A DNA stretch of 64,000 bases from Octopus sinensis (GCF_006345805.1 NC_043012.1:54002001-54066000); one strand, 5' to 3'. Positions 27,349 through 40,411 are shown, counted from the first letter of the stretch. The notes: generated by a model from the sequence alone, not told the origin. Made by a program: numbers and translations.

Positions 27349-27773
27349 GGATCTTTTCAGTTTGAACGGCAGTTTTTTCTAGCGGTGTCATATGAAATTG
27401 TCACCCATAATTATGACCCTAGTATCGATCTATTGCATTTCAATCTATTTTAGGGTTAGAGTTAGGGTTAGTTAAGGTTACGGGTGAGGAGAAGGGTATC
27501 TTTTTTCTTCACAAATGTAAATAAACCCAATCTGTTTCATAAACGAGGGACATATTCATACGGCTCAGAATGTTTTTTTACCTCAATGGACGTCATTGAT
27601 TGGTTGATATTGAAGGAAAAAAAACAACAAATATCTTACAAACTATAGAATTTTCTCAAAAAAGCCAAGAGAAAAAGATGTTTTATAAACACATTCTACC
27701 AGCATACGAAGTTTAACATGTTTTAGTTACCTAGTAATTATGTTAAAAACTGCCGTTCAAACCGAAAAGATCC
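27349..27773. mobile_element. 425-bp MITE with 28-bp TIRs and 8-bp TSD (Merlin- or hAT/P-like)
   Basis: TIRs ggatcttttcagtttgaacggcagtttt / aaaactgccgttcaaaccgaaaagatcc (1 mismatch); TSD cagcaccc at 27341-27348 and 27774-27781. A related internal fragment lies at about 20165-20295. Confidence 0.9.
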
Positions 27774-28424
27774 CAGCACCCTAACCCCTAGGCCACATAA
27801 CTTTGCCATCAATATAAAATCGAGTCTTATTAGTAATGGTGCGCAATGATCCAAAATACTTACTTCGAAATTTCTTTCGCCTTTATGATGAAAATAATGC
27901 TGAAGAAATTATAGAACTTTGAGAATGGCGTATAAGAAATGGTAATATATTGATTTCTTACAGCGGCCACTAAACAATAAATTTAGAGGAAAGGAACAGT
28001 CTATTATGTTATTTCCAGTGCTTGAAAGATATTTCATATTATCGACCTTGACAGGATAAAGCATAAATTTAACTTTGGTGGGTTTTAATTCAGAAGGTAA
28101 GAATCTGAAATAGATATTTTTAAGGGATTGTGTTTGAAGCTCAAAAGATTCTACCGATACATCATCGTCAGAAAAGGTAAAAATATTGATTTCGAATTTT
28201 GGCTCAAGGCCAGCAATTTCAGAGGAAGGAGAAAGTCAATTACATCGACCCTAGTGTTCAACTGGTATGGTACTTATTTAATCGAATCTGTAAAGATGAA
28301 AGGCAAAGTCGTTCTCAGCGAAATTTAAACTCAGATTGTAAAAATGGACGGAATGCCGCTATGCATTTCACCCGGCGTGCTAACCATTCTGTCAGCTCAC
28401 CGCCTTAAGAAAAGGTAAAAGATT

Positions 28425-28803
28425 TTATTCTTTTGCTTGTTTCAGTCATTTGACTGTGACCATGCTGGAGCACCGCCTTTAGTCGAGCAAATTGACCCCA
28501 GGACTTATTCTTTGTAAGCTTAGTACTTATTCTATCGGGGACGTAAACACACCAGCATCGGTTGTCAAGCGATGTTGGGGGGGAACAAACACAGAAACAC
28601 ATATACACACACACACACATACATATATACACATATATACGACGGGCTTCTTTCAGTTTCCGTCTACCAAATCCATTTACAAGGCTTTGGTCGGCCTGAG
28701 GCTATAGCAAAAGACACTTGCCCAAGGTGCCACGCAGTGGGACTGAACCCGGAACAATGTGGTTGGTTAGCAAGCTACTTACCCCACAGTCACACCTACG
28801 CCT
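28425..28803 (-). mobile_element. SINE family B
   Basis: Full-length match. Confidence 0.85.
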
Positions 28804-29274
28804 ATTGAGAAGATATCTTGGACGATATTTTAAAATAAATTCAAAAAAATAAAAGTGGACGAAACGTTTAGTTTGGCATATAAAGTTACATGGATTTCTG
28901 CCTAGTGTTTAGATTATATCCAAAACAACGATATCTCTTTTGTCACAGCTATTTATATTTATTTCATTTCTTTATTTCTTCTGCGTGAGTTGGAAAAATG
29001 GCTGTCACCAATAGATGCGACTTTTCAGGACTTTTCTTTGCTGAATGATAAAAGAACATAATGAAATTTCAATAACAGAAGCTATCGAAGTTATCCATTA
29101 ATGACGGCTCCTATCAATTTAAAAGTGGTTAAGAGCTAGAACGAGTGAATAATGTCTAACAAAATTCGAACAGCGTTTTCAGGGTGAAATTTCTATTGAG
29201 ATGTAGGACATTTGAATAGGTTCATTTTTTTATGATTATTGTAGATAGAAATGAATTGTTTGCTCGGCAAAGAA

Positions 29275-29779
29275 GCTGCTGTTGTCTTCTTCTAGTCAGG
29301 ACTAAGGCCATTAGCCACAAAGAATAATCTCTAATTCGAGCCTACTCTAAGCTACTGAGAATGCGTGTGGCATTCTTGAAGATCCACCCACCACACGCGA
29401 TAGACTGGCGGTTGCAAGGGCGCGAAAGCTACATTGTTACCCTCATTCCGTAAACGGTGGCTTTTAACGGGTGGAGAGCTGAACCATCCTGGGGTACAGA
29501 GGATTCGCAATCTAGACTAGGATCTAAAAGTTTACCACACCATAGTGGGTTACACCATGGTTCCTCTGCTTTGTGGCAGAAGTAGGAAGAAAGAGTGAGG
29601 GGAAAGTTGTGGCGAAAGAATACAGCAGGGTTCACCACCCCCGCTGGAGCTTCGTGGAGCTTAGGTGTTTTTCTTTAGGTGTTTGCTCAATAAACACTCA
29701 CAATGCCCGCTCTGGGAATCGAAACCGCGTTCTTACGACCGCGAGTCCGCTGCCATAACCACTGGGCCATTGCACCTCC
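29275..29779 (-). mobile_element. SINE family C head with body type 4
   Basis: Same tRNA-like head and central gtgtttattgagc...ctccacga segment, followed by a body not seen in the other copies. The 3' boundary is approximate. Confidence 0.7.
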
Positions 29780-30781
29780 ACAGCTGCTGCTGTTGTTGTT
29801 TAGCCCCAGGACAGCTATGATCGAGAAAACATATGATCAGAAGCCTTCTTTTCAACATCACTCTGTTTCTATACCCAGTTCTAAGCTGTCTAACGTGACC
29901 TTTATTTTCATTTGATCGTACTGCTTTCACGTCATAGTTGAGAAGAACCTGCTAATAATACACTAAAGCGCATGCAACCCCTCCAGTCTGTATCAACCCC
30001 TTCATTATCTTTAATGGCTCTATAATTGCTTAATTCCGCGCTAGTGATGAATCGAAGGGTCTCATGATCAAAAGCATTCCAGCTATGACCAACCTTTCTT
30101 TTTGTGCATTTTGAACTATATGTATCATTCCCCTTTGAAGGCAACAAAGTATAGCTTCAGCGGGTGCAGCTGTGGGGTAAGAAGCTAAAGGCGGTACTCC
30201 AACATGGCCGCATTCAAAATGACTGAAACAAGTAAAAGAGTAAAAGTGAGTGATGGAATATATATATAATGAGGATTGGAAAGCGGGTGGATAATATTTA
30301 AGCTTCAACAATCCACCACCCTGAACTGATACTATTTTATCGGCCAAGAAGTGAATAAAGGCAAAGTTGACTTCGGGGTGGTTTGAACTTAAGTCGAAAT
30401 AGATACTGCTAGGTATTCTATCCGCCGCTCAGAAGGTCCTGCCAATTTCTAACTCTACGGTTCTAACACTATGATCTGTAAATTTGTTAGAAAATGCCTT
30501 GTATGACCTTCTCAGTAACTTTATTGTTGGTGTATTGTAGTTCATAGTGTACCACCCACGTGCGTGTTATTTACAAAAGAAAAGTCACCCTTCAGCACCA
30601 GAATTCTTTTAGTACATTGTAAATTGCCCAGCCCCGTTCTTTCCAATCAAACAGAAATGGCAGGTGCCTATCAACTTTCACACAGATCCCGAATATTTCT
30701 GCGAACGTCGCGCATATATCCGGTCCGCTTCTCAAACAAGCGTGCAGAACAGAAATGTGTGTGTGTTTGTGTGTGTATTAC

Positions 30782-30836
<55 letters not shown>

Positions 30837-31872
30837 TTCACATACAATGTTCTTTGAATTTCGGTGCAAAGGAATCAACGATTCCACTGCATTCCCTTCC
30901 GTTGGTTTCATTCATCGCTATGTTAAACGTTGTTATTTTCAGCTCAGCTTGCATTCTACATGTTATCTTTGTCTTCACCCGTTTCATATTTTAATACAAA
31001 CTGACATCGCAAGAATTTAAACAAAATAGCTGGAATAGGAAATATTATACGACGAAAGCATAACTATTGGTATAAATAGAAATAGATAAGGAATTTCCAA
31101 TTATTTGCAAAGAAATAATCAGAAGCTTTTACACGGTTTATGGATAAATTCGATTCAAGAGAATGTTATTTTTAGAATTTTTTTTTCCGGTTTAATTTTG
31201 TTGTCAATAAAATGATTTGACTAAAAGATTGGTTTAAATATGAAACGGAGATTTCGGCTTATCAGCCCCGAGATAGCTGGGGTATTTCTCTCTGTAACTC
31301 TCTGTACACATACACGAGCGCCCACACTCGCCCTTACACACTCACGCACACATGTATGCATGTATGTAAATATATATATATATATATATATATTCATACA
31401 TACACACACACATATACATTATGTGTGTGTGTGATTATGTATGTATGTACACGTGTGTGGTTGTTTGAGCATGTATGTACGTATATATATATATATATAT
31501 ATATAACGGAATAATGGAAGAGAATGCAGTATAAAGATTGATTTATCGGCTCTGAAATTCAAACGTTATTTTACATACATTACAGACACACGGACACACA
31601 TGCATACGAACTCACATGCGTGAGTGTGGTTATGTTTGCGGTGGTGGAAAGATAATGTAAAATATCAATTCTGCTTCATCCGAAGACCCTTTAGTGAAGC
31701 AGTGTCCAGGCTGTCGCTTCGGACGAAACAAAATGTAAATTATTGGACACGTTATTTTTAATAAAACATTACGTATAAATCTGAGACCAACCGCTTTGAG
31801 TTCCTATTCTCAAGTCAACTTGAAATGATGTCCTGATAGAACGTAGAAATCATTATAATTATTATTATTATA

Positions 31873-31928
<56 letters not shown>

Positions 31929-33100
31929 GCTGGCAGACTCGTTAGCACGCTGGTCGAAATGCGAAATGCTAAGCGCTGTTTCGTCTAACGTTACGTTCTG
32001 AGTTCAATTTCCGCCGAGGTCGACTTTGCCTTTCCTCCTTTCGGGGTCGATTAAATAAGTACCAGTTACGTACTGGGGTCGATATAATCGACTTAATCCA
32101 TTTGTCTATCCTTGTTTGTCCCCTCTGTGTTTAGCTCCTTGTGGGTAGTAAAGAAATAGGTATTTCGTCTGTCTTCATTTTCTAGGTTCAAATTCCGCCG
32201 AGGTCGACTTTGCGTTTCATAAATTAAGTACCAGTGAAATACTGGGGTTGATGTAATCGACTAGTCTCTTCCCCGAAAATAGCTGCCCTTGTGACAAAAT
32301 TTGAAACTATTATTATTATTATTGGCAGAATTGTTAGCGCGCTGGGTGAAATGTTTAGCGATATTTCGCCCATCGCTACGTCCTGAGTTCAAATTCCGCC
32401 GAAGTCGATTTACTTTTCATTCTTCCGCCGTCGATAAAATAATTACCAGTTAAACGCTGGCTCGATGTAATTGACTTATCTACTCCCTATAAAAATTGCT
32501 GCTCTTATGGCAAAATTTGAAGTTATTATTATAATTATTAATAATATTTTATTATAAAGGAGGCGTGATGGCAGAATCGTTAGCCGGGAAAGGCGGCGAG
32601 GTGGCAGAAACGTTAGCACGCCGGGCAAAATGCTCACGGCATTTCCTTAGTCTTTACATTCTGAGTTGAGTACTGCCGTCGATGTAATCTACTAGTCCTC
32701 TCCTCCAAAATTTCAGGCTTAGTAGAAAGGGCTGTTATTAAGAAGGCGGTGATCTGGCAGAATCGCCAGCACACTCCGCGAAATGTTTAGCAGCGTTTCG
32801 TCCATTTTTACGTTCTGAGTCAAATTCCGCCGCGGTCGACACTACTCTTCATCCTTTCGTGATCGATAAACTAAGTACTAGTTGTGCACGGGGGTCAATA
32901 TAATCATCTATCCCCTCTCTCAAATTCCAGGCCTTATACCCATAGTAGAAAGGATTATTATTATTATTAAGACAGCGAGCTGGAAGAATCGTTAGCACAC
33001 CGAGCAAAATACTTAGCGGCATTTCGTCCGTCTTTACGTTCTGAGTTCAAATTCCACCAAGGTCGACTTTGTCTTTTATCCTTTCGGGGTCGATAAATTA
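31929..33100 (+). mobile_element. Cluster of about seven co-oriented family A SINE copies or fragments separated by (ATT)n
   Basis: Repeated tggcagaa/cgttagc heads near 31929, 32323, 32560, 32592, 32745 and 32970, plus a headless arm near 32160. Confidence 0.85.
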
Positions 33101-33607
33101 AATACATATTTGAATTTACATATTTTTTCTACCTGTGTATCATATTTCTAATGAATGCAAAGCGTTTGTCATGAAGGTAGCGAAATGGTTATTCCTAACG
33201 GAGTGGCAGTCTGCAAGGAGTACATCTCTATTGATCCAGCAAATGTGTTAATCTGGCAGAAAATTGTGTGCCAGAAAATTGGTGATGTGTGTGTGGAGTG
33301 GTCAGCCACTTGCAAGTTGTTTCGTTGATCGGATCATCTGTAACCCTCATCGTCGGAACCGACGGAATGCCAGTCATGTGTGATATATATATATATATAT
33401 ATATAGCAATTAAGGACAACTACTTAAATTAAGGACAACTGCTAAATTTTTATTCCGAAAAAACTTTTCTCTCCCGAAATGCAGTTCGTAAAAGTTTGCC
33501 ATTTATCCGGATGTAATATATGTAAACTCACCCATGTGCTTCGTTGATGTTGATCAGTTAGCTGATCGGCTTAAGCGGGGCAGGGTCGTTTATTTATAAT
33601 GCATTCA

Positions 33608-33653
33608 GGCCTGCCGATGAATACGTAAGTATGAAATCACTGTGATACAGGTC
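33608..33653 (+). ncRNA. Type I hammerhead motif, U4C core variant
   Basis: ggcctg CCGATGA atac-gtaa-gtat GAAA tca-ctg-tga TA caggtc: all three stems pair, and the core differs from CUGANGA only at position 4. Confidence 0.7.
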
Positions 33654-33790
33654 TATATTTTTTAAATGTCTTACTTTGAAAAATTGCATTCGGTGGGATT
33701 AGTAATATTTTTGGTAGAAATGACTAATTGTCCCTCTTAGCGTGTGGCATGTATGTATAATGCCTTCTGGCATGTATGTATAATGCCCTC

Positions 33791-33833
<43 letters not shown>

Positions 33834-33844
33834 TATATATATAA

Positions 33845-34145
33845 TCACTGTGACCGACCAGGGTACCAGATGTTGTTACACACCACTGGTCACAATGCGC
33901 TTCGCATTGTTTTAGCCTTCAAATGACGCCACCCCGCTGGCTAAGCGAGCTGGCCAACGGAAGAAGGAGTGAGAGAAAGTTGTAGCGAAAGAGTACAGCA
34001 GGGATCGCCACCACCCCCTGTTGGAGCCTCGTGGAGCTTTAGGTGTTTTCGCTCAATAAACACTCACAACGCCTGGTCTGGGAATCGAAACCGCGATCCT
34101 GCGACCGCGAGTCTGCTGCCCTAACCATTGGGCCATTGCCCCCCC
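33845..34145 (-). mobile_element. SINE family C, body type 1
   Basis: Reverse complement of the 36671 and 38577 copies. Confidence 0.85.
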
Positions 34146-36670
34146 CCCCTATATATATATGTGTGTGTCAAACTAGCACTCCGGCTGTACGACGACGAGT
34201 GTTCCAGTTGAACCCATCAAAGCGTGCAAGTGGCTAAAGCGCTCCACCGACACACGTTCCCTTAACATAGTGTGTCAAAGATGGCCTTTTGAATAAACAG
34301 GCACAACTCATTCTTACTACCTGAGTGGACTGGATCATTGTGAAGTATATCTTTCTATGTCTATCAATTTATTTCTCTTTCCCTTGTCTATCTATTAAGT
34401 TCTTTCCCCTTCTCTTTTCTCTAATTATCTTTGTAATTAGCACTCTGTTATTATATATCTATCTATATCTTTGTCTTTATCAATCTCTCTCTCTCTCTCC
34501 CTCTACTAAGCCATGGCTGAAGCCATTTGCCTCAAGAATGCACAGTATGGTTTTCAATCCGATAGCAACTAGTTACGAGACGAATTTCTTAACCACACAT
34601 CCATAACCACGCCATATGTCATCAAACTGTAACAATTCTAATATTGACAGTCGACTAAGCATTTAGGAAACGTAAAAGATGTTGCTGACTGAATCGGTCT
34701 CAATACTTGGTTTTATATCACATTGTCATACGAATTATTTTATGTCACATTGTGTGTACAATAGCGTCGTTGTTTACATACTGGTTCGCTGCATTTTACG
34801 ATTATCTGTGTACATCGGCTGAAATAAATATTGGAAAGGACTTCGTTCCAAAGCATCGCTTTATTGATTTTTTTTGTTTTGTTTTGTTTTTTGATTGCTT
34901 ATGTTTACATCTTTACTCTGTCACCAAAATACAAATATATACATGGCACACAAGTACATGCGCACGCACCCAAATCCTCAAAATACATATATACGCCCCT
35001 TCATATATATCTGTGTGTGTACATACATACATACATACATACATACATGTGGTTGGTAAGCAAGCTGCTTACCACACAGCCACTCCTACGCCTATTGTCT
35101 AGGTTTAGAAAGTTATTTCTTAAAGAGTGAAATGTAAAGTTAACCTGAGCAAGATTTGAACTCAGAGCTCCAGAGTAATTCCTTCATGACATTTTATACG
35201 CTCTAGCAATTCAGTTTGAGCAAGAGCTGAAGAGCAAAAATATTTAGAGGATGTAGGCCATAAATATATAAATGTATGTACTGCAAATGTTAACACAATA
35301 ATAATGAACGGAATCCCCAATAACCTATCAACTGATATATGAATAATCTTTAGTTATTTCTTATTCTCTCATTCACTAAGAGTTTCCCCGAAAAAATTCG
35401 TGTTAGCAGCCCCAAGTTTTATGTATATTGAGTTTACTGATCCTCACTGAGGATATCATTAAATAACTTGCGTCATTCTTTGATGCAGAAGTCGTTATCA
35501 CCGCTGAGATAGTTAAGTGTATAGGTGCGGATCTTAGGATATTAGAAGGATTGGTATAGCTGTTGATGTTACGTAATTAAGTAACATACTAGGGGAATAT
35601 GACTGAAAATTCACGCACGAACACCTATGTATGTAGTTATATAGAGTTTCGTTCACTTTAACTATATGTGGCTCTTGGTCTAGGTTGTAACACTAATCTG
35701 TGTAATATGAGAATGGGAGTTTAATATAAGTGAAAATTGAACCCTTCATTCCTGTGGTAACTTGTCGCATATTCAGCACATCGATAGATATTCGCACATA
35801 TTCACTCATAGACAGACAAACACATACACACACAGATAGATAGATAGATAGATAGATAGATAAGTTTCTCTATTGGCCACACAGGGCTGCACACAGATGG
35901 GACAAATTACAAGGTAGAGCTTTTCTTTTGGGGGATGAAAAAAAAAGTGGCGTAGATAGATAGATATATAGAAGCATATATATGTGTATATGTATCTTGG
36001 TTTCAAATTTTGGCACAATGTCAGCAATTTCGGGGGAGTGGGTTCGTTGATCACATCGACCCTAGTGTTCAACTGTTACTAATTTTATCAAGTCCGAAAG
36101 GTTGAAAGGCAAAATCGTCGTCGGTGGAATTTGAACTCAGAACGTAAAGACGGGCGAAATACCACTAAGCATCTTATCCGGCGTGCCAGCTCGAGTTCTG
36201 CCAGCTCACCACCTCAATATATGTATCTATATTAAACAGAGACATATAGTCAATGTGATACTATCGTACTTTTATGTATATATGTGTGCTATACATTACT
36301 TCTATCAGTTTTATAATTTCCTACAATGCTTTTCATACGTTTTCAACCTATTCTACTTCATTACTCAAGGAATATATTGTATCTTGTTCACTATGAGCCA
36401 GTCCGTGGATATTTACAAATATCTGTATGAGTATGTCTGAGTCAGTATCCCAATTCAAGTATACATAATATTCAGGAATATCCCCTTTGGGAGACAAGAT
36501 AGGCAGTGCCTTTTTGCTAGCCAGCCACATGGTCCCAAGTTCAGTTCCACTACATCGCACCTTGGGCACGTCTCTTCTACTAACCCTAGGACTGACCAAA
36601 ACCTTGTGAGTGGATTTGGTAGACGGAAACTGAAAGAAGCCTGTCGTGTATAATATGTGTGTGTGTGTGT

Positions 36671-36952
36671 GGAGGCGGAATGGCCCAGGTGTTAGGGCAG
36701 CGGACTCGCGGTCGTAGGATCGCGGTTTCGATTCCCAGACCGGGCGTTGTGAGTGTTTATTGAGCGAAAACACCTAAAGCTCCACGAGTCTCCGGCAGGG
36801 GTGGTGGCGATTTCTGCTGTACTGTCACTCTTTCTTCTGTTGGCCTGCTCGCTTAGCCAGCGGGGTGGCGTCATTTGAAGGCTAAAATAATGCGAAGCGC
36901 ATTGAGACCAGCGATGTGTAGCAACATCTAATAGCCTGGTCGGCCACGGTGA
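36671..36952 (+). mobile_element. SINE family C, body type 1
   Basis: ggaggcggaatggcccaggtgttagggcagcggactcgcggtcgtaggatcgcggtttcgattccc head after (GT)n. Confidence 0.88.
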
Positions 36953-37409
36953 TATATATATATATTTAAATATGTGTGCCTTTGTGTCTTTTTCCCACCA
37001 CTGTTTGAAAATTGTTATTGCGTTTTTTAGTACCAAGGTTTCAAAAAACCACTAGGGTTTATTCATTCAACTAAAATCTGTGCAAGGTGGCGCATCAGCA
37101 TGGCTGCAGTCTAATGACCAAAGCAAGTTAAAGATTAACGATAGTAAATATATACATTAAAGGATTTGCAATCCATTATAAATGCGATAATTTAGTGCAT
37201 GATAACAAATGGCTAACTGAAAGCGGGGTTAATTTTTTCATGTTAAGCTAATACAATTTCCCCGTACATTTAGATCTAAATATTTATGCTGGCAATGCTA
37301 TTGATTAATTACCTTCCGTGGCTACAGCTACATAATATATCAAATATCTTGTTAAAATGCAGAAGCATAACTGCCTTTCACATGGTGTCATTACAGAGTG
37401 AAGGTTGTT

Positions 37410-37711
37410 TGTTTGTTCCTTCTCGAGCCATGCCTGGCTCATAAGGGCCGGTTTCCAGGTTTCCGTGGCGTATAGGTTCCCCATCTGGACGGGACGCCGG
37501 TCCATCGCAGGTGAGCTGCAAGATGCAAGAGGAAAGAGTGAGAGAAAGCTGTGGCGAAAGAGTCAGCAGAAGTTCGCCATTACCTTCTGCCGGAGCCGCG
37601 TGGAACTTAGGTGTTTCACTCATAAACACACACATCGTCCGGTCTGAGATTCGAACCCACGACCCCCCGACCGTGAGTCCGCTGCTCTAACAATTAGGCT
37701 ATGTGCCTCCA
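37410..37711 (-). mobile_element. SINE family C-related, body type 3
   Basis: tRNA-like head with a body containing cctgcgatggaccggcgtcccgtccag; second copy at 49630-49916. Confidence 0.85.
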
Positions 37712-38538
37712 CAGAGTGAGGGTGTGTGCATGTGTTTCATTGTTTACGTCTAATCAAGGGAGTGACTTTTGGAAAAAATATGGTATTTCATATGAGAATG
37801 TGAGTATATAAAATAGTAACAAGGACCATACGTGTGTGTGTGAATGTATACACAGACACGTACATATGTTTTTAGGGTGGAGTATGTATGTATATCCCGT
37901 AAATATAGCGAAGAAGATTGTCAGGTCAGGAGGAGAGAAACGAATAATACATACATTTAGAAAGGTAAAACATACGACTATGATGCAGATGGGAAGAGCG
38001 CTGAAATCCAATAATATTAATAAAATAGTATTAATTTTCTTAATACAATAGTATTAAAAGAATGAGTACGATGAAAATAACATTGTTAATGGAAATAATA
38101 GAAGAGGATCCAACGTTTTGGGTTAAAGCTTTTACCAGTGGGATGTAAAATCAACAAGAGATGTAAGAGAAAACGAAATGAAACGCTACGCAGTTTACCA
38201 ACTTTATTTACATTAAAGATAAAAGATATATATATAAAAGAGTAGTATAAGATGTGGTTTCAGAGAATTGTGCAGCTATCACATAAATCTCCTCTTAGGA
38301 ACTCGGCTATCTATCCATATAGTAATCAATTATAAAATAGTGTAAGGTCAAGTATCTGTGTAAATGAAAATCCAGGAAATCCGAGCGACGAAACTGTTTT
38401 ATGAAGATTTAAAACAAAACATTCTTTAGAGTTCGAGAGGTGAAGATTTGATTTTATTTATTTAACCATGTAACTTTCATAGGATTACCATCGTTTTGGA
38501 ATCTTCTTTATATCGTGTTAATTTCAGTGTGGAAAATG

Positions 38539-38576
<38 letters not shown>

Positions 38577-38578
<2 letters not shown>

Positions 38579-38870
38579 AGGCGCAATGGCCCAGTGGTTA
38601 GGGCAGCGGACTCGCGGTCGTAGGATCGCGGTTTCGATTTTCAGACCGGGCGTTGTGAGTGTTTATTGATCGAAAACACCTAAAGCTTCACGAGGGTCCG
38701 GCAGAGGGTGGTGGCGATCCCTGCCACAACTTTTTCTCTTTCTTCTGTTGGCCTGCTCGCTTAGCCAGCGGGGTGGCGTCATTTGAAAGCTAAAACAATG
38801 CTAAGCGCATTGTGACCAGCAATGTGTAGCAACATCTGATAGCCTGGTCGGTTACGGTGATCACGGTAAT
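38577..38870 (+). mobile_element. SINE family C, body type 1
   Basis: Head ggaggcgcaatggcccagtggttagggcagcggactcgcgg after (GT)n; ends about 90 nt upstream of the GDPH exon. Confidence 0.88.
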
Positions 38871-38962
38871 ATATGTGCATGTCTGACATTCATACATAGA
38901 CAAATATGTATACACTTCTATATTTGCATGCATTTACATGTATAAACATTTTCTTTTCTCAG

Positions 38963-39079
38963 CTTCATTTGGCGACCCCCATTTCCTTGTCCGTATAAAG
39001 GATCTCCGACTTCCGATATGCTTCGACTTGCCAGGAAAGGACAAACAACTTCAAAGTTTGCTGTATGACCCAGTTAGAC
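38963..39079 (+). CDS. ITIH-like gene, exon carrying the GDPH motif (start of the ITI heavy-chain C-terminal domain)
   Basis: ttttcttttctcAG acceptor, GTATGT donor, 117 nt, phase 1-1. Translates (A)SFGDPHFLVRIKDLRLPICFDLPGKDKQLQSLLYDPVR, matching the ITIH pattern GDPHF...CF...G...L..DP. Confidence 0.92.
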
Positions 39080-39139
39080 GTATGTTTCACTATTTTTTTC
39101 TTTAAAAGCTTTATAAACGATTTTCTTGAAGATATTTAT

Positions 39140-39346
39140 ACTCTTTTACTCTTTTCAGTCATTTGACTGTGGCCATGCTGGAGCACCACCTTTAGTCGAG
39201 CAAATCGACCCCAGGACTTATTCTTTGGAAGCCTAGTACTTATTCTATCGGTCTCTTTTGCCGAACAGCTAAGTTACCGCGACGTATACACACCAGCATC
39301 GGTTATCAAGCGATGTTGGGGGGACAAACACAGACACCAGACACAA

Positions 39347-39400
<54 letters not shown>

Positions 39401-39553
39401 CTTTCAATTTCCGTCTATCAAATCCACTCACAAGGCTTTTGTCTGCCCGAGGCTGTAGAAGAAAACACTTGCCCAAGGTGCTACATAGTGGGACTGAACC
39501 CGGAACCATGTGGTTGGTAAGCAAGCTACTTACCACACAGTCACTCCTACGCC
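39140..39553 (-). mobile_element. SINE family B
   Basis: Full-length match, about 60 nt downstream of the GDPH exon donor. Confidence 0.88.
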
Positions 39554-40011
39554 TATACTCCTAATTATATTTAATGATATCAAATTCATCGAGAAAGTAC
39601 ATTAATAGCCTTCACTCTACTAGAAACATTTGATGACATACATTACTAAAACTCATTCAAAATATGTCGACTTACTTTGTTACTTCATTCCTTGTGTACC
39701 TATCCCACATTTTACTAGTGAGGGTCTTGTTGTCGGTGTTGTTGTTGTTGTTTAACAAGAGTTCAGGCACGATCAAAGAGATCTATAATTGAAAGTTTCC
39801 CAGTCATTATCAGCCCTACTCCGTATTTTTTCAGTAAACCGTATCTAGAACTATTTTGTTCAGTACATGGACCCTAAGTAAGGTATGTGTAAAATTTGAA
39901 TGAACTTGGTTGTGTAGTTCTCAAGTTTTAGGGATTCGCACAGACAGACACACATTCTCATTTATACACACACACACACACACACATTCTCATTTATACA
40001 CACACACACAC

Positions 40012-40080
<69 letters not shown>

Positions 40081-40114
40081 TTATGAATAAATGAATCTTG
40101 ATGTTGACATAAAT

Positions 40115-40211
40115 TCCTTGCTTTTCCTGATGAGAAAGCGACATAACGTACTCCTTATTCCTTCACAATTAGGAATATGCAGCCTTCGAAACATATGTCG
40201 AAAATCAAGGA
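40115..40211 (+). ncRNA. Type I hammerhead ribozyme motif with complete canonical core
   Basis: Stem I tccttg-c-ttttc / gaaaa-t-caagga; CTGATGA 40127-40133; extended stem II (gaaagc...gccttc); GAAA 40188-40191; palindromic stem III CATATG; GUC cleavage triplet ending at 40199. Confidence 0.8.
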
Positions 40212-40411
40212 AATTTGTTAATTTGTCGTTCAACTCCATTCTTTCATTTATTCATAAATTTTATAAAAATACACACAAATTTCCACATGAAAACACGTAG
40301 TCTCTGCCCTAGGCACGTAACTTCAACCGTGTTATTTCTGATGTGAATTTGCTACCCAGGTATCGGTTAAATGAATTATCCATAAAAAGATCTTTCATTT
40401 TTCTACTCAAA

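Noticed and set aside
27450-27490. TTAGGG repeats as a telomere or fusion scar
   Set aside because: Short, degenerate and internal to a MITE bounded by TIRs and a TSD.
36671-36745. tRNA-Arg-like sequence with A and B boxes
   Set aside because: It is the head of a multi-copy SINE and lacks a proper acceptor stem, so it is not a tRNA gene.
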